From assembly GCA_031409655.1 (NCBI GenBank), contig JANNXQ010000195.1, positions 32,001 through 96,000 of the forward strand: a DNA stretch of 64,000 bases, in the 5' to 3' direction. This DNA is from Chthoniobacteraceae bacterium. GTDB lineage: Bacteria; Verrucomicrobiota; Verrucomicrobiia; Chthoniobacterales; Chthoniobacteraceae. A program made the position numbers and the translations under genes. Positions 18,511 to 26,912 of this stretch are shown piece after piece (the first letter of the stretch is position 1; each line of letters opens with the position of its first letter). A model generated the notes under the pieces. That model was not told the DNA's origin, did not search any database, and saw only the letters and a program-made list of their open reading frames with translations.

Positions 18511-19884
18511 TCATGGCTCCAGTGCCCTCCACTGCATCGCCTGCTCGACGGTGGTGAAGCGGACGAAGCCGCGGCCGCCGGGGCGTCCGTTTCCGGATTG
18601 GCCGAGGCCGCCGAAGGGCAGCGTGGAGGGCGAGAAGGTGGTGGGGAGGTTTGCGTAGAGATTTCCAACGGGCAGTTCGTCCGCGAGACGGTGGAAGGTC
18701 TCGCTGGAGCGCGTGAAGATGGAGGCGGTGAGGCCAAAGGGAGAGGTGTTGTGCCTGGTCACGGCCTCGTCGAGATCGGTGAAGGTTTCGTATTCGACGA
18801 CGGGCGCGAAGCACTCGGTATCGGGCGCGGTGCTGCCGCGGCGTACCCCAGGACGGACGTAGTGGCCACGTTTTCCACCCACCTCGCCGACGACTCCGCC
18901 GGGGATGATCCAGTCGGCCCGCACGGCGGTGAGCGCCTGGAATCGGGTGAAGGCAGCGGCGCTGATCAAGGGGCCGAGTTTCGTCTCTGGCTTGAGGGGA
19001 TCGCCGGGCTGAAACTTGGCGAACGCAGTGGCGAGTAACTCCTCAAACTTCGCAGAAACTCGCGCATCGACGAGCACGCGACTGGTGGCATTGCAACGCT
19101 GGCCGCAGGTGAGGCAGGCACCGTCGGCGACGGCTTCGGCGGCGAGGGCGAGATCGGCATCGGCGCAGACGATGGCGGCGTTGCGACCGCCGAGTTCGAG
19201 GGCGAGTTCTTTGGAAAAATCCGCCGCGAGGGACTGAGCCAGCGCCCGACCGACGGGCACCGAACCGGTGAAGCACACCGCGCGGACGTGGGGATCGAGG
19301 CAGAGCGCCTGCCCTTCATGAGCACCACCTTGCACGATCTGAAAGACGCCGGGCGGCAGACCGTGTTGCAGGATCTCGGCGTAACGTCCGGCGACCACCG
19401 CGGCGAGTGGCGAGGGTTTGAGGATCGTGGGATTGCCCGCGAGCAAATGCGCGAGCACGGCCCCATTGCCGAGGTGCAGGGGAAAGTTGAACGGTGCGAT
19501 CACGACTGCCGGTCCGCGGGCCAGTCGCCGGACAAGCGCGGGATGCGGTCCGCCGGTTACGTCGGGCTGCGCGAGGTGCTGTGCAACGTCTTCAAAGGTC
19601 AGGTCAAATTTTGCCAGCACCGCGCCGACTTCACCGAGCGCTTCGGTGATCGGCTTGCCGGTCTCGATCGCGATGCCGCGGGCGAGTTCGTCTTTGTGGC
19701 GCGCGAGTTCTGTCTGGATGGCGCGGAGACTCTCGATGCGTTGAGGCAGCGGTGTCCGCGACCACATTTTCGCCGCTCCCACGGCCGCGACGATCGCTGG
19801 CGCGACGGGTGTCGCCTGCATCTCGGGGAGTGCCACCGAAAGATCGCCTGGGCTGCGGTTGATCCACGGTGGCGTCATCTTCAT
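18511..19884 (-). CDS. Aldehyde dehydrogenase (AstD-like succinylglutamate-semialdehyde dehydrogenase subfamily)
   Basis: PFNFPLHLGNG, KPS, FTGS, LELGGRN, GQRC, LPFGGLGQSGNGRP. Confidence 0.85.
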   Translation of the reverse strand: MKMTPPWINRSPGDLSVALPEMQATPVAPAIVAAVGAAKMWSRTPLPQRIESLRAIQTELARHKDELARGIAIETGKPITEALGEVGAVLAKFDLTFEDVAQHLAQPDVTGGPHPALVRRLARGPAVVIAPFNFPLHLGNGAVLAHLLAGNPTILKPSPLAAVVAGRYAEILQHGLPPGVFQIVQGGAHEGQALCLDPHVRAVCFTGSVPVGRALAQSLAADFSKELALELGGRNAAIVCADADLALAAEAVADGACLTCGQRCNATSRVLVDARVSAKFEELLATAFAKFQPGDPLKPETKLGPLISAAAFTRFQALTAVRADWIIPGGVVGEVGGKRGHYVRPGVRRGSTAPDTECFAPVVEYETFTDLDEAVTRHNTSPFGLTASIFTRSSETFHRLADELPVGNLYANLPTTFSPSTLPFGGLGQSGNGRPGGRGFVRFTTVEQAMQWRALEP

Positions 19885-19887
19885 ACG

Positions 19888-20808
19888 TCAGCCGGGATAG
19901 ACGCTCCGCCACGCGGCAAACGTGTTCAGATGCACCCGGACGACTTTGGTCACGTCTTCCGTATAGCCCCCGGCGAGCACCCACGCGACGGGAATTCCGT
20001 GCGATCGCGCAAATTCAAAAACAAAGCGATCGCGCGCCAGGAGGTCGTCGTGATCGAGAGCGAGCGGCGAGTAGGGGTCTTCAAAATACGGATCCGCACC
20101 GGCCTGATAGATCAGCAACTCGGGCCGGCGCGCGGCGATCAGCGGCAGCGCTTCCCGCATGACGTCGAGCATCTCCTGCCGATCGCAGCCGCCCGGCAGC
20201 GCGCAGGAGCGATGATTCACCCCGTCCTCGTGGTGCCGCACGGAGACATCGCGGTAGGGGACGTTTTCCCAGTAGTCGTTGCCGTAGATGGAGAGGGCGA
20301 AAAGGTGCGGACGTTCGGCGACGAGCTGGGCGGTGCCATTGCCGTAGTGCAGGTCCATGTCGAGGATCGCGGCGGTTTCCAGATCACCGGACGCGACCAG
20401 CGCATCGAGCGTGACGACGAGGCCATTGAAAGTGCAGAAGCCTTCGCCGTGATCCTCGCAGGCGTGATGGAAGCCACTGACGAGCGCTGCCGACGCGCCG
20501 TCGCGGAGGGCCTGCCGGGCCGCGGCCAGGCAGCCGCCGCTGGTCAGACACACACTCGGAAAGAGTTCCGGCGACCACGGGAATTTCTGCGACTCGGCGA
20601 GCCAGTCCGGTTCGCCGCTGCTGATCGCGGTGATGTATTCGGGAGTGTGGACCCGGAGTAAATCCTGCGGCGTGACCGGCGTTGGTTCGACGAGCCGGAT
20701 GTCTGAAGCGTCGCGCAGGCCCTCGGCCACGAGGCCGAACTTGCGGATCGGCATGACGTGGTCGCCGATCGGAGCGGCGTAGCCGGGGTGGTAAAATGCG
20801 GTCAGCAT
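19888..20808 (-). CDS. Histone deacetylase family Zn-dependent deacylase (class IV-like)
   Basis: GFHHA, GFCTFN, DMDLHYGNGT, AGADP...DP, GGY. Confidence 0.9.
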   Translation of the reverse strand: MLTAFYHPGYAAPIGDHVMPIRKFGLVAEGLRDASDIRLVEPTPVTPQDLLRVHTPEYITAISSGEPDWLAESQKFPWSPELFPSVCLTSGGCLAAARQALRDGASAALVSGFHHACEDHGEGFCTFNGLVVTLDALVASGDLETAAILDMDLHYGNGTAQLVAERPHLFALSIYGNDYWENVPYRDVSVRHHEDGVNHRSCALPGGCDRQEMLDVMREALPLIAARRPELLIYQAGADPYFEDPYSPLALDHDDLLARDRFVFEFARSHGIPVAWVLAGGYTEDVTKVVRVHLNTFAAWRSVYPG

Positions 20809-20861
20809 CCTGGCACGAAGCTACGCGGGCGGAGTGGGCGCGGGCGAGCAGTTCTGCTCGG

Positions 20862-22412
20862 CTAGGCGCTGGGCGGGTCCTCGCGGCTGGACGGAGGAGG
20901 CGCAGTCTCCTCCGCCGCGGGCAACTGGATCGCGACTTCGAGCCCGTGCGGTTCGCGGTTGTGCGCGGTGACGGTGCCGCAGCAGGAGTCGATACAGGCT
21001 TTCACGATCGCGAGTCCGAGTCCGGTGCCGCCCGTCTCCCGGGTGCGTGCGGTGTCGAGCCGGTAGAAGGCGTCGAAGATGCGCAGCAGTTCGGCGTCGG
21101 GCACTCCGGGGCCGCAGTCCGTGACGGTGATCGTTGCTTCATCGCCGGTGCGCTCGGCGCGGATCACGATCGGGCCAGCTTGGCCGGCGTGGCGGATGGC
21201 ATTGCGCAGGAGATTGGCGAGCGCCCGGATGAGCAGGTCCGAATCGGCGGACACGAAGAGTTCGGCGGGCACGGCGATGCGCAGGTCGGCGTCTTCCGTC
21301 TGCTCGCGGCGCACGGCTTCCTCGGCCGCGGCGCGCACGCTCAGCGGCTGCAGCTTCACGGTCTGCGCGCCATACGAGGCTTTGGAAAAAGAGAGCAACT
21401 CGCACACCAGGGTGGCGATCTGCTCGGCCTTCTCGCTGGCGGATTTTACAAATGCCGCGTCGCCGCCCGTGACGCGCTGCTCCAGCACGCCGAGCGCGAG
21501 TTGCAGTCGCGCGAGCGGCGAACACAACTCGTGGGCCACATCCCCGAGGAAACGTTTTTGCCCGGTGATGAGGCCGTCGAGCCGGGTGGCCATCTGGTCG
21601 ATCGACGTGCCGAGCGCGCCGAGTTCGTCGTGGCGGCGCATGTTCAGCCGCACATCGAAGCGACCTTCGGCGATCCGCCGCGTGGCCTGCATCATCCGGC
21701 CCACGGTGCGCGTGATACCGCGGACCAGCGGCAGCCAGAAGACGAGGGAAAAGACGAAGGCCCCCAGACCGAGAGCGAGCCACGGTTTGGGGTCGAAGAT
21801 CAGCCCGCCGGCGCTGATCGAATTCGACCGCGCCACCACGACGACGCGCATCGGATCGCCAGCCAGTGGATTATCGAGCCGGGAACTCGTGAGCAGCCAG
21901 TAGTAGGTGGGGCTCGTCGTGCGCATGATCGCGCGCAGCGGAGGGCGCATCCACCAGCGGCGCTGCGGGTCGCCAGGGCGGACCGCAGGCACCGCCGGGG
22001 GCGCCGAAGTCGCATCCGTCGCGCGTGGCTCTGGCGGGCGCGGTTCCGGAGTGCGCCGCCCCGCATAGGGCAGCGGGCGCTCGACGATCCGCTGCCGCAC
22101 CTCAGCGGGGATCTCGGCGATGTCGCCGACGAGGAGATTTCCGTCATCGTCGCAGAGCGCGAAGGTCACATGGTGGGCTTCGCTGTAGCGCTGGAGCACG
22201 CGCTGCCACTCATCGGGCGCGGTGTATTCCACTTCGCCGATGATCAGATCGCGCATCGCCTCCATCCGCTCGCGCGCGCCGGAGGCCAGCAGCCAGTCGA
22301 GGTGAAAATGAAACTGCGCGTCGAAGAGCAGCGCCACGACGACGCCGAGCACGACGAGATTCAGGAAGAACCAGCCGAGGATCTTCGCGTAGAGGGGGAG
22401 AGGGACGCGCAT
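20862..22412 (-). CDS. HAMP-domain sensor histidine kinase (CpxA-like)
   Basis: Two TM helices, HAMP (RHDELG), VAHELCSPLARL, NLLRNA, DCGPG, FYR, GGTGLGL. Confidence 0.92.
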   Translation of the reverse strand: MRVPLPLYAKILGWFFLNLVVLGVVVALLFDAQFHFHLDWLLASGARERMEAMRDLIIGEVEYTAPDEWQRVLQRYSEAHHVTFALCDDDGNLLVGDIAEIPAEVRQRIVERPLPYAGRRTPEPRPPEPRATDATSAPPAVPAVRPGDPQRRWWMRPPLRAIMRTTSPTYYWLLTSSRLDNPLAGDPMRVVVVARSNSISAGGLIFDPKPWLALGLGAFVFSLVFWLPLVRGITRTVGRMMQATRRIAEGRFDVRLNMRRHDELGALGTSIDQMATRLDGLITGQKRFLGDVAHELCSPLARLQLALGVLEQRVTGGDAAFVKSASEKAEQIATLVCELLSFSKASYGAQTVKLQPLSVRAAAEEAVRREQTEDADLRIAVPAELFVSADSDLLIRALANLLRNAIRHAGQAGPIVIRAERTGDEATITVTDCGPGVPDAELLRIFDAFYRLDTARTRETGGTGLGLAIVKACIDSCCGTVTAHNREPHGLEVAIQLPAAEETAPPPSSREDPPSA

Positions 22413-22469
22413 CGGGTGGGCTTAGCGAGGCCGTGGAAAATGCGGGATCCCGGTTCCGAGCGAAGGGGA

Positions 22470-22550
22470 AAACGTCAAACGCCAAACGACCCGGCGACCG
22501 TGGGCTTCAGCGTTTGGCGTTTGGCGTTTGGCGTTTGAAGTTTGGCGTTC
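22470..22550. repeat. Heptamer inverted-repeat hairpin (AAACGCC)n / (GGCGTTT)n
   Basis: aaacgtc aaacgcc aaacg, spacer, cgttt ggcgttt x3 gaagttt ggcgttc; 22513-22547 is identical to 53744-53778. Confidence 0.85.
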
Positions 22551-22620
22551 AATTCCCCACATCCCGAAATCGCGGTGTCGGTTTTCGGCCATAAAATGTT
22601 CGATGTCCGGCATCTCTTCC

Positions 22621-23364
22621 TCACTCCGCTTCCGGATTGATCAGCATGTACCCCACCGCCCGAATCGTCCGGATAAAGTGCGGCGCTTTCGGATCGTCCC
22701 CGAGCTTCCGCCGGAGCGCGACGATGTGGACGTCGATCGAGCGATCCAGGCCGTCGTATTCGCGATCGGCGATCGTCGCGATGAGTTGCTCCCGCGATTT
22801 CACCCGGCCGCGGGAGCGCGCGAGGCAGGCGAGTAATTCAAACTCCAGCATCGTTAGGGTCAGTGGCTTGTCGCCGAGGATGGCGACACGGGCGTTGGGA
22901 TTGATTCGGAGTTTGCCGACGACGATCTCTGGTTCGGGAGCGTCGGTCTTCGTTTCGGAATTGCGCGACACGCGGCGGGTCACGGCGCGGAGCCGGGCGA
23001 GCAATTCGCGGGATGAAAATGTCTTCGGCAGATAATCGTCCGCACCCATTTCGAGGCCCACGATGCGATCCGTTTCTTCGCCGCGCGAGGTGAGCATGAG
23101 GATCGGCACATTCGAGCGCGCGCGCAATTTCCGGAGCACTTCAAAGCCATCGAAGCCCGGCAGATTCACATCAAGGATGACGGCGTCGAATTTCTCCGCC
23201 AGCGCGCGTTCCGTGCCACCCGGTCCGGTGTGCTCGGCGAGCACCTGGTAGCCGAGCGGTTCGAGATACGCGTGAATGAGAGAGCACAGCTCCCGGTCAT
23301 CGTCGATCACCAGCACGCGCGTCGGACTGTCGGCGGTGTGCGGATTGGCAGTGATGTGAGACAT
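22621..23364 (-). CDS. OmpR/CpxR family response regulator
   Basis: VIDDD, LDVNLP, GADDYLPK, LTMLEFELL, DRSIDVHI..LRRKL, IRTIRAVGY; ATG 23364. Confidence 0.93.
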   Translation of the reverse strand: MSHITANPHTADSPTRVLVIDDDRELCSLIHAYLEPLGYQVLAEHTGPGGTERALAEKFDAVILDVNLPGFDGFEVLRKLRARSNVPILMLTSRGEETDRIVGLEMGADDYLPKTFSSRELLARLRAVTRRVSRNSETKTDAPEPEIVVGKLRINPNARVAILGDKPLTLTMLEFELLACLARSRGRVKSREQLIATIADREYDGLDRSIDVHIVALRRKLGDDPKAPHFIRTIRAVGYMLINPEAE

Positions 23365-23453
23365 GGGTGGAGAGAGGCGGCGCAAAGCCTTAGCAAATCA
23401 TGAATCGCCCGGAAGGAAACACTGCGCGCGCAGCCCGCGTCGCGGGCGGCAAG

Positions 23454-26400
23454 CTAAGGTGCGGGTGCGGTCTGCAACTCCACCGCGCCCGCGGACGCCG
23501 GGCCGGAGAAGCAGCCGGCACCGCGGTTTTCGTCGGATAGGATCACCCCTTGCACACGTGTGCTGCGCTGTGTCGCAGGATGCTGAAAGCGGCCGGTGAA
23601 AAGCCCCGTCGCCGGTTGCAGCGTGAGCGTGAGAGCGAGCGGGCCGGTGAGCGTCGTCGCCCGCGGCCGCGCGAGCGGAGCGGAGACGACGGGCTGCGGG
23701 AGACCGCCGCCGGTGAGTGTCACCTGCACGGCGGCAGCGGCGGGGAAAAGCGGCGCAGTGGCCGGCAGCGCGGACCCTGCGATGACGATCGGCGTGTCCC
23801 AGCCGAAGTCGGTGGCGCTCGCGGGTTTGTACCAGGTGGCCTCACCGGCTACATCCCACGGCAGCGCGGCACTGAGCCGCACCTCGCCGCGGAAGGTGCC
23901 GCGGCGCGTGGAGAGCGGGAGGAAAATGGCCCAGCCTCCATCGTGCCCGAGCATCGAGCCGTGCGTGAAAGGCGTGCCATCACCCAGCTTGCCACTCATC
24001 CACACCCGGCCACCCTTGTTGACCGATACGAGCGCAAACCCGTGGCCGGCGGGCGCGTGATCACCGGTGCCGGGAGCGAAGGCCAGTGTGTAGCGGCCCG
24101 CGGCCGGCGCGGGATTGCGCGCGGCGTGGAAGGTCTGGCGCGCGGCGTCGAAAGTGGACGAAACAAAATCGTGATCCACCGAGCCAGTAATGCGCGGGTG
24201 CTCCGGGTCGGTGAGATCCACGTCGAGTTGCAAGATGAGCGGCTCCTGCCCGGCGCGTGGTAGCAGCAGCTCGAGCCGACGCCGTGCGTCGAGCTCTCCG
24301 CGCCAGCTCCAGCGCCGCCCTTCCAGAGCGAGTGTGCCCGTGACCGCGCCGCGCGCTCCCACCGTGAAATCCACCAGGCCGCTGGAGTTCCACGACCCGG
24401 TCGGGCTTTCGACCAGGGCGCGGTAGCGGCCGCGCGTGGCCTCGATCGCGGGCTGGTCGCCGTCGAGGATGGTGACCGTGACGGTGGGGGGCAGTTCGAG
24501 CATCGGGGGAAAGGCCGGAGGCGAAAGCGTGATCACGAACTGCTCCGCCGGCTCGAACTTGCCGTCGCGGGAGATCGGGATGTCGAACGCGCGGCTGGTC
24601 TGGCCGTCCAGGAAAGTGACCGCGGCAGTGGTGAGCGAAAAGTCGGAGCCCGCGGCGGCCACATTCTTCCCGGTGCGGGGCGCGATCGCGAGACTCACGG
24701 TAGCGTCCCCATCGCTTCCGTGGCTGCGCTCGATCCGGAGCCGCACTACGCCCGCATCTTCCGACACCGTGATCGCGTCGGTGGAAAAGTGCAGCACGCC
24801 CCGCTGCGGCAGGTCGTTGTCCTGGATGGTGACGAACCGCGTGCGATCCGATGGCCAGAGCTGTGCGCCCTCCGCCTCCGAGAGCTGCACCGAGAATGCT
24901 TCGGCCTGCTCGTAAGCGAAATCGTCGGTGATCGCGATCGGGATGGTGTGCGCGCTCTCGCCGTCCTCGAAAGTGAGCGTGCCGCTCACGGGCGTGAAAT
25001 CTTCCCCGCTCAGCGCCTTGCCCGGCAGCGTCTCGTAGCGCACCGAGGCGCGGCCCTGCGTGGAGCCGATGCGCTGCACGCTTACCGCAAAGCTCGTGGT
25101 GCCTTCGCGCACGAGGTCGCCGGTGCCGGGCGGGAAGCGGAACGCGCCGCGCTGCGGCCCGAGCAGGAGCAGGGCGGTGTCTTCCTGCGCCACGCGATCG
25201 ATTTCAAAAAAGTCGCCACCGACGAGCAGCCCGGCCGCGGGCAGCACGGCCAGCGCGGTGAAACGCCCCTGTCCATTGGGCTGCCCCGGCGGCAAGTCGA
25301 AAGTCGGATCGTGCGCGCCGGTCGGCTCCAGTCGCAAGAGCCCGCCGCGGCTGCGGTAGTCGAAAAACGCCGCCAGGATTCCGCCGTCGGCCTGCAAGGC
25401 GATCGCCTCCACCGCCGAGGTCAGCACCGCGCTCGGCTTGAAGGTAGGATCGACCCGCCCTGTCGGGAGCAGCCGCACGAGGCTCGCGCGCGGCACGCCA
25501 TTCACCCCCTCGAATGAGCCGCCCACGAGCAGGCGCCCATCGGCATCGAGCTGCAGGCACGTGGGCTGGTTCGCGGCCGACGTCGGGATGGTCGGCATCT
25601 CCCAGGCAGGATCCGCCGTCCCATCCGCACGCAAATGCGCCACCCGAGTGTTCGGGGCGCCGTGGTAGATCGAACCGTCGGGGGCGACGATCATTTTCCG
25701 GATGCCGCTCGCCACCGTGGGTTGGAAGGTCGGATCGAGCGTGCCATCGGCGAGCAGCCGCGCGAGAAAGCGCCGCGGCACGCCGCCGACGGTGCCGAAA
25801 ACTCCCGCAAAGACGATCCGGCCATCCGGCTGCGCGCCGACCCCGTACACGGGGCCATTGGGCCCGGGCGTCGGCGGGTGGAAGGCGGCGTCTAGCGTGC
25901 CATCGGACGCCAGCCGCACAAAGCTGGCTCGCTCCAGCGTGAGGCTTTGCCCGGCGAGGATCAGCGTGCCGTCGGTATACACCGCCATCGACTGGGCGAA
26001 GCCGGCATAGTGGAAGATGGTGAAAGTCGGATCGAGCTGCCCATCCGCATTCAAGCGCACGACCGCGTGCGGCGCGTCCACCGTGCCCGGCGCCACCGTG
26101 AAAGTGCCCGCGACCACGACTTTGCCATCCCGCTGCGCCACCAGCGCGTCGATGTGCGGATTCACCCCGAGCCCCGCGGTCCCGGCAAACGAGCCTGGAT
26201 CGTCGATGTCGTAGATGGTCACCAAGGCGCTCGGGACCGGATCGAGGCTGGCCCCGCCGGCGCCGCCGCCGAGCGAGATGAAAAACACTTCATCGCCCTC
26301 GTTCACACCGTCGGTGGCGATCGGGATCGCCACCGTCTGCTCCGTCACTCCGTCTTCAAAAATGAGCGTGCCCGTGGTCGCTGCGAAATCCGCGCCCGCC

Positions 26401-26897
26401 TTCGCCGAGCCGTCGGCAGTCTCGAATTGCACCGTGCTGCGCCCTTCGGTGCCGAGCGTGCGTCGCACTTTCAGCGTGATCGCGCCCGCGCCTTCGCGCA
26501 CCGCCGCCGGCTCCGTCTCCCACGCGAGATGGCCGGGCCGCGCGTCGTCTTCGATCGTCACGATGACTGACGGGCGCAATCCCGCGGCCGGTTCCGCGCC
26601 GAGCACGACATAGAAGCTGCGCGCGCCTTCGATGGTCGCATTGTCGGCGATGGGGATCTCGATTTCGTGCAGCACCTCGCCCGGCCCGAAAGTGAGCGTG
26701 CCCGAGCGCGCGGTGTAATCGACGCCCTCACGCGCCTCGCGGTCGAGCGTGTAGTAATCCACCGTGAGCGTCCCCGCAGTGCCGCCGCGGCGGACCACCT
26801 CCAGGCGCGCGCTGCCGCCCGCTTCACTCACGTGATGGCCGGCCCACACGAAACTCGCTGTGCCCGCTCCCGGCAGATCGAGCGGCCCGCCGCCCAC
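23454..26897 (-). CDS. Calx-beta / delta-60 repeat surface protein, C-terminal part (same frame as 26913..29768, beyond a TAG)
   Basis: Four Calx-beta domains (GTLTFGPGE, GTLIFEDG, TLTFEDGE, VTFLDGQ), delta-60 repeats (QPDGRIV..G.F, RL..DG.LDPTF), ~330-aa beta-rich C-terminal domain; no signal peptide of its own. Confidence 0.8.
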   Translation of the reverse strand: MGGGPLDLPGAGTASFVWAGHHVSEAGGSARLEVVRRGGTAGTLTVDYYTLDREAREGVDYTARSGTLTFGPGEVLHEIEIPIADNATIEGARSFYVVLGAEPAAGLRPSVIVTIEDDARPGHLAWETEPAAVREGAGAITLKVRRTLGTEGRSTVQFETADGSAKAGADFAATTGTLIFEDGVTEQTVAIPIATDGVNEGDEVFFISLGGGAGGASLDPVPSALVTIYDIDDPGSFAGTAGLGVNPHIDALVAQRDGKVVVAGTFTVAPGTVDAPHAVVRLNADGQLDPTFTIFHYAGFAQSMAVYTDGTLILAGQSLTLERASFVRLASDGTLDAAFHPPTPGPNGPVYGVGAQPDGRIVFAGVFGTVGGVPRRFLARLLADGTLDPTFQPTVASGIRKMIVAPDGSIYHGAPNTRVAHLRADGTADPAWEMPTIPTSAANQPTCLQLDADGRLLVGGSFEGVNGVPRASLVRLLPTGRVDPTFKPSAVLTSAVEAIALQADGGILAAFFDYRSRGGLLRLEPTGAHDPTFDLPPGQPNGQGRFTALAVLPAAGLLVGGDFFEIDRVAQEDTALLLLGPQRGAFRFPPGTGDLVREGTTSFAVSVQRIGSTQGRASVRYETLPGKALSGEDFTPVSGTLTFEDGESAHTIPIAITDDFAYEQAEAFSVQLSEAEGAQLWPSDRTRFVTIQDNDLPQRGVLHFSTDAITVSEDAGVVRLRIERSHGSDGDATVSLAIAPRTGKNVAAAGSDFSLTTAAVTFLDGQTSRAFDIPISRDGKFEPAEQFVITLSPPAFPPMLELPPTVTVTILDGDQPAIEATRGRYRALVESPTGSWNSSGLVDFTVGARGAVTGTLALEGRRWSWRGELDARRRLELLLPRAGQEPLILQLDVDLTDPEHPRITGSVDHDFVSSTFDAARQTFHAARNPAPAAGRYTLAFAPGTGDHAPAGHGFALVSVNKGGRVWMSGKLGDGTPFTHGSMLGHDGGWAIFLPLSTRRGTFRGEVRLSAALPWDVAGEATWYKPASATDFGWDTPIVIAGSALPATAPLFPAAAAVQVTLTGGGLPQPVVSAPLARPRATTLTGPLALTLTLQPATGLFTGRFQHPATQRSTRVQGVILSDENRGAGCFSGPASAGAVELQTAPAP

Positions 26898-26912
26898 CCC
26901 CAGGACCGCCGT

